Under the pieces are notes generated by a model that was not told the origin of the DNA, did no database searches, and saw nothing but the letters and a program-made list of their open reading frames with translations. The position numbers and the translations under genes were made by a program. A stretch of DNA of 64,000 nt from Bacillus subtilis subsp. subtilis str. 168. Its GTDB lineage: Bacteria > Bacillota > Bacilli > Bacillales > Bacillaceae. The DNA lies in the NCBI RefSeq assembly GCF_000009045.1, contig NC_000964.3, positions 2,542,001-2,606,000 on the forward strand, written 5' to 3'. Shown here one piece after another: positions 10,653 through 19,584 of the stretch (positions within the stretch are counted from its first letter, which is position 1; every line of letters begins with the position of its first letter).

Positions 10653-10988
10653 TTGATTGGCCAGCGTATTAAACAATACCGTAAAGAAAAAGGCTACTCA
10701 CTATCAGAACTAGCTGAAAAAGCTGGGGTAGCGAAGTCTTATTTAAGCTCAATAGAACGAAATCTACAAACGAACCCCTCCATTCAATTTCTCGAAAAAG
10801 TCTCCGCTGTTCTGGACGTCTCGGTTCATACTTTGCTCGATGAGAAACATGAAACCGAATACGATGGTCAATTAGATAGTGAATGGGAGAAATTGGTTCG
10901 CGATGCGATGACATCCGGGGTATCGAAAAAACAATTTCGTGAATTTTTAGATTATCAAAAATGGAGAAAATCCCAAAAAGAGGAGTAG
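10653..10988 (+). CDS. sinR: Biofilm master repressor SinR (111 aa)
   Basis: TTG start after AAGGAAGGTG; Xre HTH + C-terminal dimerisation helices. Confidence 0.98.
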   Translation: MIGQRIKQYRKEKGYSLSELAEKAGVAKSYLSSIERNLQTNPSIQFLEKVSAVLDVSVHTLLDEKHETEYDGQLDSEWEKLVRDAMTSGVSKKQFREFLDYQKWRKSQKEE

Positions 10989-11073
10989 TGCCTGAGCAGA
11001 GGCACTAACTCCTCTTTTGTCAATAACCATCGAGACGGCCCAGTATATGAATACTGGGCCGTCTCTTTTTTTT
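10976..11073. terminator. Two hairpins between sinR and tasA: first bidirectional, second with + strand T-tail
   Basis: GGAG-TAGTGCCT/AGGCACTA-ACTCC and GAGACGGCCCAGTA/TACTGGGCCGTCTC + T-run. Confidence 0.85.
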
Positions 11074-11080
11074 GCTGTTA

Positions 11081-11866
11081 TTAATTTTTATCCTCGCTAT
11101 GCGCTTTTTCATTTTCTTTCACGTAACCATCTTTATCAGTATGGTCCTTTTTGATTGTCAAGCCGTTCCACTGTGTAGCTTCGAATGAGAATTGAAGCTT
11201 AATGGAGTTGCCTTGATATTTATTTTGAACCATAAGCCCTTTTTCATCTTTTGTTTTATCATCCTTGAATTGGATTTCCATTTGAACCTGATCGAAGTCA
11301 GTTGGTGTTTTTGGAACACCATCATATTCAGGAGCGGTTTTACCATCAATTGTTGCTACATTGACTTTACCGCTTGCATTTAAGAATTTAGGGTCAATTT
11401 GTTTTTTGATTTTTTCAGCAGCCGCTGCATCATTTTTAGCAGACATCAAATACAAGTCTTTAAGGTTCGCATCATCTAAAATAATGTTTTTCGGGTAGCC
11501 ATTGCCGCCCTCTTTTCCAACTGTCAACAATGTCACTTCAAACTGGCTGAGGAAATCTTCTGGAGATGTATTGCTGCCGCCGTTTGCTTTAAAATCTCCA
11601 TAATTAAGCGCCATTAGAACTTCTTTGATCGCAAGTGATCCGTTATTTTCAAATTGGAAATCCTTTGTCAACTTATCTCCCGGCTTTAGATTTGATAAGT
11701 TCACACTCGCTGAATTCTCTTTAGCAGATAAATCAAGCGTACCTGATGCAAAAGTAGCATCCTTTGATTTAATGTCGTTAAATGCTGCCCATGTTCCTCC
11801 TCCAACTAAAGCTAATCCTAGTGCTGCAGAAGCAACTCCTAAACTCAATTTCTTTTTCATACCCAT
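11081..11866 (-). CDS. tasA: Biofilm matrix fibre protein TasA
   Basis: MGMKKKLSLGVASAALG signal peptide, AFNDIKS, SGTLDL. Confidence 0.97.
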   Translation of the reverse strand: MGMKKKLSLGVASAALGLALVGGGTWAAFNDIKSKDATFASGTLDLSAKENSASVNLSNLKPGDKLTKDFQFENNGSLAIKEVLMALNYGDFKANGGSNTSPEDFLSQFEVTLLTVGKEGGNGYPKNIILDDANLKDLYLMSAKNDAAAAEKIKKQIDPKFLNASGKVNVATIDGKTAPEYDGVPKTPTDFDQVQMEIQFKDDKTKDEKGLMVQNKYQGNSIKLQFSFEATQWNGLTIKKDHTDKDGYVKENEKAHSEDKN

Positions 11867-11929
11867 GGTAAGCTCCCCTTTTATTGAATGATTTTATATC
11901 GAAACCTGTTGCCAGGTTTACAACTGAAG

Positions 11930-12502
11930 TTAAGTAGACATGGTGCTGTCCTTTGTATCTGTTTCCAAGGCTTTTGTCTTTCTTTCAATTTCTCTAATGG
12001 CGCTGCTGATCGTCACAAAAGCGTAAACTAACAGCATCACGCCGGGAACAATCAATAATACAGCCGTTCCAATCGGCTGGCTGGCAAAATGAAGCATATA
12101 GCCGGCATATGGAAGCTGAAAACCTGTGTATTGCGCGCGAACATTTTCGTCCGATACAGGCGCTGAATCAGCTGCTGCATTATTATCACCTTTTGTTTTA
12201 AATAACAAATGGTCTCCTTGCTTTGTTATGTCAACAATTCTGTGGGTGACCGCCGTATTTGCATCCTGCATAAATGTAATAACGTCACCTTTTTGGAGCT
12301 CTTTCACATCAGTGATTTCTTTGACCAATATTAAGGAACCTGTATTGAACTCCGGCTCCATCGAACCTGACAGAACTGATTTCAGCGTATACCCAAACAC
12401 TGCCGGCTCTCCCCCGGATGAACGTGTTGAAATCACGACAAGTGTCAGCACAATAATAAGAGTAAAGATGATCACGTATAAAATATTACTGATCAGCTTC
12501 AT
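11930..12502 (-). CDS. sipW: Signal peptidase SipW (ER-type)
   Basis: VLSGSMEP Ser, THRIV His, TKGDNN; alternative start 12514. Confidence 0.96.
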   Translation of the reverse strand: MKLISNILYVIIFTLIIVLTLVVISTRSSGGEPAVFGYTLKSVLSGSMEPEFNTGSLILVKEITDVKELQKGDVITFMQDANTAVTHRIVDITKQGDHLLFKTKGDNNAAADSAPVSDENVRAQYTGFQLPYAGYMLHFASQPIGTAVLLIVPGVMLLVYAFVTISSAIREIERKTKALETDTKDSTMST

Positions 12503-13247
12503 TGCTTTTTTCATCCTCTTCCCCGCTTTCCTTCTGGTCTGATTGAGTTTCTTTTTCTTTGGTTACAGCTTCTTGAGATGTTTCTTCTTTCATTGTTTTT
12601 TCCGGTATATCTTTTTGTGTTGTTTCATTCTCCTTTTTGACGTCCGACTTTGTTTCTTTTTTAGGGACTGTCGGTTTTTCATCGCATTTTGCAAGCCTCA
12701 TAGGCTCCGACCACTCAAATGTACTGCCGTTTGCCGGGTAGCCTGCCGGTTTATATACTTTAAATGCATAAATGCCGGGTTTCATTTTTTTCTTGGTCTC
12801 AATTTTATAAAGTGAATCGCCGATTTGATTGGAGACAAATCCTTTTTCGATCACGTTCCCATCCTTTAACGGTTTGCGGGCATTTTCAAGCTTATGAAGC
12901 TCCCACTTCCACTTTGATTTCTTAAGTTTCTCACCTGTATTTTCGAGCACAGCAAATAAGGCGAAAGGTGAGCATACAGTGCCTTTCGTATCCGTTTGAT
13001 CTGATATGTGCAAATCACTTTGATCCCAGCGTTTATCATAATGGCAGTTTTTATCTGTATGCTGAAAGTCTTTACACGTTTGAAGTGAGACATCAAATGT
13101 TTCAATATCATGAAAAGCAGCGCTTGTATCATCGGAAAATTGTAAGCATATTGCGGCAGTCAGACTGAAAATGACTGAAAGCTGAAAGATAAGCAGAACT
13201 TTCAGTTTCGTCTTCGCCTTTTGCTGATTGTGAAACAATCGAAACAT
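12486..13247 (-). CDS. tapA: TasA assembly protein TapA
   Basis: SipW-type signal (TSAAFHD), 5 Cys, charged disordered C-terminus. Confidence 0.96.
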   Translation of the reverse strand: MFRLFHNQQKAKTKLKVLLIFQLSVIFSLTAAICLQFSDDTSAAFHDIETFDVSLQTCKDFQHTDKNCHYDKRWDQSDLHISDQTDTKGTVCSPFALFAVLENTGEKLKKSKWKWELHKLENARKPLKDGNVIEKGFVSNQIGDSLYKIETKKKMKPGIYAFKVYKPAGYPANGSTFEWSEPMRLAKCDEKPTVPKKETKSDVKKENETTQKDIPEKTMKEETSQEAVTKEKETQSDQKESGEEDEKSNEADQ

Positions 13248-13288
13248 ATCTTACCTCCTGTAAAACACTGTAACTTGATATGACAATC

Positions 13289-13380
13289 GTTCTCTTTAAA
13301 GAACTTCACAAATAGAGTATAATCAACGATTTATAGATTTAAAAACACCGAAATCGCTCATTTTGTTCGTTTAAAAGAAT
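13289..13380. promoter_or_regulatory. Two SinR inverted-repeat operators upstream of tapA
   Basis: GTTCTCT-tt-AAAGAAC (13289-13304) and GTTCGTT-ta-AAAGAAT (13365-13380); consensus GTTCTYT. Confidence 0.8.
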
Positions 13381-13469
13381 GTTTTCATCATATTACAAAG
13401 TCTTGCTCAGTATTGCTCATTTTTTCAATTTTTTAGAAATTTTTGGGATTGTTATGTGAGAATTTAAAT

Positions 13470-13498
13470 GCATATCCCATTATTATTTGGTAATAATA
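13470..13498 (+). promoter_or_regulatory. Possible forespore sigmaF/sigmaG promoter of yqzG
   Basis: GCATA-N14-GGTAATAATA. Confidence 0.45.
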
Positions 13499-13518
13499 AA
13501 CAAAGAAAGGGTGACAGC

Positions 13519-13845
13519 ATGATGATCAAACAATGTGTGATTTGTCTATCTCTTCTCGTCTTTGGCACCACAGCCGCTCACGCAGAAGAAACACCGCTTG
13601 TAACCGCCCGCCACATGTCCAAATGGGAAGAGATTGCTGTAAAAGAAGCAAAAAAAAGGTACCCGCTCGCACAGGTACTGTTCAAACAAAAAGTATGGGA
13701 CCGTAAAAGAAAAGATGAAGCAGTGAAGCAATACCATTTAACTCTGAGGGAAGGGTCAAAAGAATTCGGCGTTTTTGTGACGATTTCATTTGATCCTTAT
13801 AGCCAAAAGGTCAATAAAATTGCCATATTAGAAGAATATCAATAA
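13519..13845 (+). CDS. yqzG: Small exported protein (YqzG/YhdC family)
   Basis: SD AAAGGGTG, ATG 13519; signal peptide ending AHA. Confidence 0.88.
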   Translation: MMIKQCVICLSLLVFGTTAAHAEETPLVTARHMSKWEEIAVKEAKKRYPLAQVLFKQKVWDRKRKDEAVKQYHLTLREGSKEFGVFVTISFDPYSQKVNKIAILEEYQ

Positions 13846-13873
13846 GGTCCTCCATTTTTTGAAGGACCTTATT
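13841..13873. terminator. Bidirectional terminator yqzG/yqzE
   Basis: AATAAGGTCC.../...GGACCTTATT. Confidence 0.75.
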
Positions 13874-13886
13874 CGTTTATTTGCGG

Positions 13887-14066
13887 TTATTTTTTCCGTT
13901 TCAGCCAAAGTCGGAAGCCATAGGGTAAAATACCGAACCACTGCTGGGAAACAGGCGTTTTTGTTTCTTTCCGCACCTCTTTTCGTTCTTTTCGCTCATC
14001 TCTCGGAGTATCTATATATTTGACAAATTGCTGCGTCATATATTTAACATAATCATTCGTTTTCAC
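13887..14066 (-). CDS. yqzE: Small basic protein YqzE (59 aa; not in ORF track)
   Basis: SD GAGGTG, GTG start; [22 protein letters not shown]...WLKRKK by hand. Confidence 0.9.
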
Positions 14067-14136
14067 GTGATCACCTCATCATTCAATTATTATGAGTGTT
14101 GTCTCACATGACTTTTTTTATACCCTTTACACTGTT

Positions 14137-14511
14137 TTATTCTGTCCATCTCAGCAGTTTTTTCTGTTTTTGGTCAAACACGATCTGTGCAGTTCTTTCT
14201 GTTCCCGAATCCGTTGACACTCTTAAGTTGATTTCTTTTTGTTCTTTTATCGATGTATCATGAATGTAATAAGAAACCCGTCCATATAGAAATTGCTGCG
14301 TACCCTCCTGGCCTTTCCGTTCCTCTAGAACATGCCGAATCGAAAGAAGCACCCCATTTTGAAGCAAATTCTCTCCTATGTATAACTCTTTTGTTTCCTT
14401 CTCAAACATGCAGCGTGAAATATATTGAGCAGCAACAAAGTTCACGATTAACAGCACAAGCGCTGACACAAAAAGAACAGCTGGATAAATAAACCCTCTT
14501 GTACGATACAT
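14137..14511 (-). CDS. comGG: Minor competence pilin ComGG
   Basis: RG|FIYPAVL prepilin motif lacking Glu5. Confidence 0.95.
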   Translation of the reverse strand: MYRTRGFIYPAVLFVSALVLLIVNFVAAQYISRCMFEKETKELYIGENLLQNGVLLSIRHVLEERKGQEGTQQFLYGRVSYYIHDTSIKEQKEINLRVSTDSGTERTAQIVFDQKQKKLLRWTE

Positions 14512-15009
14512 TCACCCCCCTCCTAAATACGAATAGACTGGAAAAGCAGTTTGATACACTTTTTGGTCTTCACTCTCAATTTTCAGCAAAACAACACCAT
14601 TTTCAATATCAGCTTTCATGGCAGTAATATGATCTAAAATCGGAACATGCCCTTTGCCATCCACTCTTTTTCTTATCATTGAATGATAAATGTCAAAACG
14701 GATGTCTTGTCCGGAAAGATTGGTGCAGATTAACACGCTCCCATGCTCGGCTGTCTTAACTGCCTGTGATTCCTTGCATTCATTCATCATCTGTTCTATC
14801 GAAATCATCCATTCCTGCTGTGTGAAACCGTCATGTTCCTGCTGTCGAGACAAAAACAGATGGATAATCGCAGCTAACGATCCTGATATGAGCAAAAAGA
14901 CTGAGAGCGAAAATAATACGTTAAGAAGCGTGTAGCCATTCTGTCTGCAAAATGCTGAGGCAAAATGATTTTTCTTTATAAGCTGCGGCTTTGATACATA
15001 CGTTTTGAT
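14512..15009 (-). CDS. comGF: Minor competence pilin ComGF; proposed ATC start at 15009 (165 aa), conventional TTG start at 14895 (127 aa)
   Basis: Frame open from 15030; SD GGAGGAGGAGG 6 nt before ATC; NG|YTLLNVLFSLSVFLL pilin N-terminus lies upstream of the TTG. Confidence 0.85.
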   Translation of the reverse strand: MKTYVSKPQLIKKNHFASAFCRQNGYTLLNVLFSLSVFLLISGSLAAIIHLFLSRQQEHDGFTQQEWMISIEQMMNECKESQAVKTAEHGSVLICTNLSGQDIRFDIYHSMIRKRVDGKGHVPILDHITAMKADIENGVVLLKIESEDQKVYQTAFPVYSYLGGG

Positions 15010-15268
15010 ATTCGCCCTCCTCCTCCCACTTCATTGCATAGATATGATTGTTCTTTGTAATCGTTTTTGACGCGGCTCCTTCACCACTCATGACATATTT
15101 GCTAATGCTCTCATTCATCATCTGATAGCCAATTTCTCGTGATTCCGCCATTTTTTCATCAGCCATCAGCTTGTCCCACAAGGGGACGACTGTCAGCAGC
15201 ACAAACAGCCACAGGCTTAGCGCAGACATTGTTTCTATTGTAGAAAAACCTTTATTTTCTCTCCACAT
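14921..15268 (-). CDS. comGE: Minor competence pilin ComGE
   Basis: NKG|FSTIE motif. Confidence 0.95.
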   Translation of the reverse strand: MWRENKGFSTIETMSALSLWLFVLLTVVPLWDKLMADEKMAESREIGYQMMNESISKYVMSGEGAASKTITKNNHIYAMKWEEEGEYQNVCIKAAAYKEKSFCLSILQTEWLHAS

Positions 15269-15683
15269 TGACTCTCCCGCTCCCTAGATAAACTGTTATG
15301 TCATAAACGGCATGGCCTTTTACTCGTATTTTTCCGCCTGCATTCGGGTGCCCTTTCTCATTAAATTCCAAACGGTCTTTTAATGTCAGCAGTTCTATAG
15401 AAAGTCCCGTTGCATACGGACGTTCAATAACCGTATCACCAATGACTAATTGATATTCTTTTTTATGAAAGAGAATTTTTGTTCTTTGTTGACGGGAAAT
15501 AGCAGTCTGCTGTGTGAGCATAATATCATTTTTCAGCTGACTTGCTGCCTGTCGGACAGCTGTATTGTCATAAGCAGGAGGAAGTGTAGTGAAGACGGCC
15601 ACCAGGAGGATAGAGGCAAGGCTTAACACAAGCAAACTTTCTAAAAGGGTAAACCCCTTCTCCTCGTTTAATTTAATGTTCAA
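15252..15683 (-). CDS. comGD: Minor competence pilin ComGD
   Basis: TTG start 15683; EKG|FTLLE. Confidence 0.95.
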   Translation of the reverse strand: MNIKLNEEKGFTLLESLLVLSLASILLVAVFTTLPPAYDNTAVRQAASQLKNDIMLTQQTAISRQQRTKILFHKKEYQLVIGDTVIERPYATGLSIELLTLKDRLEFNEKGHPNAGGKIRVKGHAVYDITVYLGSGRVNVERK

Positions 15684-15969
15684 CCTTAACTTCTCCGCCG
15701 GTGATGATAATGCGCTTACCATTTGGACAGACAGCATCCTTTTTCACATAGCCCTCTGACTGTAAATCGGCAAGGCTCGGAGTTTGTCCTTCATGATCAA
15801 GCTCAAATGCAGTCATTTGTGCCTTAACCATGTTTTGTAAGCCTTCACAGCCCTTTTTTTGAATGGTTTGATTATGTTTCGTGACGTTCGGTATCGTAAT
15901 TAAAAGCAAAATCGAAATAATAAAGAGCACGATTAACATTTCAACAAGTGTAAATCCTTTCTCATTCAT
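15673..15969 (-). CDS. comGC: Major competence pilin ComGC
   Basis: EKG|FTLVE, two Cys. Confidence 0.97.
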   Translation of the reverse strand: MNEKGFTLVEMLIVLFIISILLLITIPNVTKHNQTIQKKGCEGLQNMVKAQMTAFELDHEGQTPSLADLQSEGYVKKDAVCPNGKRIIITGGEVKVEH

Positions 15970-15982
15970 CAGCCTCTTCCTT

Positions 15983-17020
15983 TCACATTTGATTCATCAT
16001 CTGATACATAGGCACAAGCATAGATAAATACACAAGTAAGATCATCGCTGCAACAAATCCATAAATCATTGGCTGAAGGATGCCTGTCCATTTTTGCGCT
16101 TTGTGTTCCAGCCGCTGTAATATGAATTGGCTGTATGTGAAAAGCTCCCGATCCAATCGGCCGCTCAGCTGGCCGTGAGATATGACTTTTGATAAATCAG
16201 TTTCATAAAAAAGGCTTCCACAAATAGCGGATTCAATTGACTCACCGGCTTTTAGCCGTTCAATCAATTGTTCAGCCTCGCAGCGGTAGAAAGGGAGAAA
16301 CGTTTGATGTTTAAATGCATTAAGGCTGTCATAAATTGAGAGGCCTGATTTTAAAAGGCTGCTTAGCTGCAAAGAAAAAAAGTAGCTGTTAAACAGCTTT
16401 ACAAGCTTTCCAACCAAAGGAATCCTGATACAAATCAGCATTTGCCGGGCAGGTGATTTTTTCTTAAACACAAGCCAATAATAAATCCCGATACCTGCTG
16501 TAAAAAGAACAAGCAAAATGATCACAAGATCAATATGCTGAAAAAAAGCAAAAAGCATATCGGTTGAACGTGAGGTTTCCATATTCATCGATTGATAGAT
16601 ACCGGAAAACTGAGGAATGATGATGGACTGTAACATATAAAACATGACAGCGACCGTAAAGATGAGGAAAAGCGGATAGCGCAGCACTCTTTTCAGCTGG
16701 TCTGCCTGTGCAATTTTTCGTTCCAGCAGCTCTCCGCTCTGGATCATTGAAGCAGGCAGTTCACCATGTGTTTCAGCAAAATAACAAATACCTACGGCTT
16801 CCTTATGAAATGACAAACTCTTTAGTACTTGATAAAACGGAGCCCCTTCCCTCAAACAAGTGACCGAATCAGTCAAGTCAGCCGCCTGCCTCTTATTCAT
16901 CTGAAGTTCCATCAGGCGTAATCCATCCAGAAGTGTATATCCGCCCGCAGTCATTTCACCGAGCCTCTTTAATAACCTGGCTTGATCCTTTAACAACCAG
17001 ACTTTTCTAATCTTTTTCAT
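15983..17020 (-). CDS. comGB: Pilus platform protein ComGB (PilC/GspF family)
   Basis: Two GspF repeats with TM segments. Confidence 0.95.
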   Translation of the reverse strand: MKKIRKVWLLKDQARLLKRLGEMTAGGYTLLDGLRLMELQMNKRQAADLTDSVTCLREGAPFYQVLKSLSFHKEAVGICYFAETHGELPASMIQSGELLERKIAQADQLKRVLRYPLFLIFTVAVMFYMLQSIIIPQFSGIYQSMNMETSRSTDMLFAFFQHIDLVIILLVLFTAGIGIYYWLVFKKKSPARQMLICIRIPLVGKLVKLFNSYFFSLQLSSLLKSGLSIYDSLNAFKHQTFLPFYRCEAEQLIERLKAGESIESAICGSLFYETDLSKVISHGQLSGRLDRELFTYSQFILQRLEHKAQKWTGILQPMIYGFVAAMILLVYLSMLVPMYQMMNQM

Positions 17021-18077
17021 GATAAACCCACCGGTCATAGTTGTTTGTCGTTAAATAGCCGAGCGCAATTCCTTTTCTGATAATTTGACGAAGCGTTTGA
17101 TATTGGTAATTTGCATGATTTCCTTTTGCCTCCTGGATACATTGCTGAAGATTTTTCCCGTATAGAAGCTCATAAACGCTAGCTCTCCTAGTATTTCGTG
17201 ACTGTCGGCAATACACTGATGAACATCCGTTTTCACAAAACGGGCAAGCCAAATCAACCAAGCGCTGAGCCGCTATTGCAATGACAGTCTGTTCGATTTC
17301 ATTCATATTGATACCGAATTCAAGCAGTCTGTAAATTGCGCCCTTTGCGTCTCTCGTATGAAGGCTCGTTAGTACCAGATGTCCCGTCATCGCTGCCCGC
17401 ACCGCAATTTCAGCTGTTTCCGCGTCTCTGATCTCACCTAAAATAATCATATCGGGGTCATGGCGCAAAATTGCTTTCAGACCTGCGGAATAAGTTACAC
17501 CGGCTTTTTCATTCACCTGAACCTGAAGAACATCTTCGTCCCTTGTTTCAACAGGGTCCTCTAATGTGACAATATTTCGATTAAAGTGTTTTTTTGCATA
17601 TTGAACGAGAGAGTATAATGTGGTAGTCTTCCCTGAACCAGTCGGCCCGGTAAAAATGAGCATGCCATGGGAATGTTTTAAAAACGAGAGTAATGTGGCT
17701 CCTGTCTTCGGAAATAGCGACAATTTATCAATCGAAGGGATATTGTATTGGGGCATCACTCTGATCACGAGGCTTTCTTCATTAATTGTGGGCAGCGTTG
17801 ACATTCTTAAATGAACATTTCCCTCTTTCAACTTTAACGTAAGCGAACCGTTTTGCGGCTTTCGCCTTTCACCTATATCCATTGCTGAAAGAAATTTAAA
17901 ATGTGAAATCAGTCTTACGCACTCTTCTTTTTTCATGTCCCTTTTTTTCAGCAAGGCATGATCGACCCGAAAATGAATGATAGCGTCCCGCTCCCTCGGC
18001 ACAATGTGAATATCAGAAGCCTTTGTTAGATATGCCTCTTCAATCAAGTTTTTGCTTACCTTTTCTATTGAATCCAA
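17007..18077 (-). CDS. comGA: Pilus assembly ATPase ComGA
   Basis: TTG start; GPTGSGKTT, TLEDPVE, LRHDPD, TGHLV. Confidence 0.97.
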   Translation of the reverse strand: MDSIEKVSKNLIEEAYLTKASDIHIVPRERDAIIHFRVDHALLKKRDMKKEECVRLISHFKFLSAMDIGERRKPQNGSLTLKLKEGNVHLRMSTLPTINEESLVIRVMPQYNIPSIDKLSLFPKTGATLLSFLKHSHGMLIFTGPTGSGKTTTLYSLVQYAKKHFNRNIVTLEDPVETRDEDVLQVQVNEKAGVTYSAGLKAILRHDPDMIILGEIRDAETAEIAVRAAMTGHLVLTSLHTRDAKGAIYRLLEFGINMNEIEQTVIAIAAQRLVDLACPFCENGCSSVYCRQSRNTRRASVYELLYGKNLQQCIQEAKGNHANYQYQTLRQIIRKGIALGYLTTNNYDRWVYHEKD

Positions 18078-18103
18078 TTTGATTCCCTCTCCTTTCAACG
18101 CAT

Positions 18104-18182
18104 ATTGTAGAAAAAGAAGAAAAGGTAATCAAACAGGGAAAACGTGATTTTGTGAGATGTTATATGCTGAAAAACCAATTCT
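18104..18182 (-). promoter_or_regulatory. comG promoter with ComK K-box
   Basis: TTGATT-17-TACAAT (18132..18104); AT-boxes AAAA-cgtga-TTTT (18139-51) and AAAA-accaa-TTCT (18170-82), 18-bp spacer. Confidence 0.9.
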
Positions 18183-18245
18183 TTCTGGCAAGAAAAAAGA
18201 CTTTCAACTGAATGTACCCCTGTCATTATAATTTTCCCTATAAAT

Positions 18246-18275
18246 AAAAAAGCAGACATGGTCACCATGCCTGCT
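18246..18275 (-). terminator. Terminator after corA/CBS remnant, insulating comG
   Basis: AGCAGGCATG-gtgac-CATGTCTGCT + TTTTT. Confidence 0.85.
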
Positions 18276-18289
18276 AGATTCCATTTTCA

Positions 18290-18455
18290 TTATGCTGTTT
18301 TCGCTTATTGACCAGTATCTTTCTCAACGGAAAGATCGCCTAATGCAACAATACCGGTCATTTGGTCATTTTCAAGAATCGATAAACTGCGGATTTAATG
18401 CTCTGTCATAAGCCCCTTGACATCGTATCCGGTCACCCTGATATGTCTGGTGAAA
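18290..18455 (-). pseudogene. Decayed C-terminal fragment of a YhcV/YlbB-type CBS-domain gene
   Basis: Reads LMTEH*IRSLSILENDQMTGIVALGDLSVEKDTGQ*AKTA* with in-frame stops at 18397, 18307, 18292. Confidence 0.7.
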
Positions 18456-18488
18456 AAGCGGGGCACGCTGCACAAAATATGAAACATC

Positions 18489-19442
18489 CTATAGAGTCCG
18501 CCTTTTTCGAGGTTTCTTTTTCTTCTTCCGCTCCTGCAGCATATCTCCCGTCCAGCCTTTTTTTCTCAAATAGAGATAGATCAGAACTGTAGATGTGACA
18601 ATCAATAAGAGGGAAAAGAGATATCCGTATTTCCAATTCAGTTCCGGCATCACTGAAAAGTTCATCCCCCATAAGGCACCCAGAGCTGTAATCGGAGTAA
18701 AAAGCGTCGTGAAAATGGTCAGCGCTTTTACAATTTCATTCCCCCTATGTGAGGTAATGACTTCCTCTGAATGCAGCAGATTGTTAAGCTCCCCTTCAAA
18801 TTCGCTGATGTATGTAAATCCCCTGTCAATCTTCAGTTGTGTCCGCTGATAATCCTTTTTCCCTTCATTTTGAGGTAAAAAGGTTTCTTTCAACGCCATT
18901 TCAATTTTTTTAGCGCTTAATATCAAATTTTTCCAAATCATCAGTTCATGGCGCAGGAGATGGACGCGGTTTAAAATGCTTTTGCTATTGTCGTCTTTAA
19001 TTTGCCATCTGAGCTTTCTCAGCTTGACTTCAAATTCATCAACACCGATTAAATACGCATTCATTAGTTCGCCGAGAAGAATTAAAAACCCCTCTATCGC
19101 ATTGTCCGCTCTTTCCATTTGCCGAACAACTTCTTTGCCTTTAATCTCTCTCAAAATTGAAAAGTCAAAGTTGATTGTAAAAAAATATTGTCTGGTGATA
19201 TAAAAGTGAAAAACAGTATGGTCTTTTTCTTCACCAAGCCCCTGATCATAAACAATCGACCCAAATACTGCTTCATTTTCCGTTTCAGTTGTATCTACTC
19301 GCAAAAAATTAACGTGATGGTTATTTTCAAACCACTTTTCACACTGAGGCCAGTGAGAAAAATGGATTAGATCTCTTGCCTTACTTCTTTCTTGAGGCCC
19401 CATTTGGTACCAAAACCAATCCTTTCCCGTATGTGCCTTCAT
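18489..19442 (-). CDS. corA: CorA-family Mg2+ transporter (YqxL)
   Basis: C-terminal TM pair with GMN signature (LWGMNF). Confidence 0.93.
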   Translation of the reverse strand: MKAHTGKDWFWYQMGPQERSKARDLIHFSHWPQCEKWFENNHHVNFLRVDTTETENEAVFGSIVYDQGLGEEKDHTVFHFYITRQYFFTINFDFSILREIKGKEVVRQMERADNAIEGFLILLGELMNAYLIGVDEFEVKLRKLRWQIKDDNSKSILNRVHLLRHELMIWKNLILSAKKIEMALKETFLPQNEGKKDYQRTQLKIDRGFTYISEFEGELNNLLHSEEVITSHRGNEIVKALTIFTTLFTPITALGALWGMNFSVMPELNWKYGYLFSLLLIVTSTVLIYLYLRKKGWTGDMLQERKKKKKPRKRRTL

Positions 19443-19479
19443 GTCAAGCTCCTCCAAACTTTTGTTCTTTATTCTTTAA

Positions 19480-19504
19480 TTGCCCAATAACCGCGTCACT
19501 AAAC
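19480..19504 (-). promoter_or_regulatory. sigmaB promoter of corA
   Basis: GTTTAG-13-GGGCAA. Confidence 0.7.
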
Positions 19505-19525
19505 CAGTCTGCCGCTTCAACACAT

Positions 19526-19551
19526 GTTTTATGAGCATTTTCAGGTGGTAT
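19526..19551 (+). promoter_or_regulatory. sigmaB promoter of yqhB
   Basis: GTTTTA-14-TGGTAT. Confidence 0.6.
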
Positions 19552-19584
19552 GGAATGTAGAAAGACATCGGAAAAGGGAGGTGC

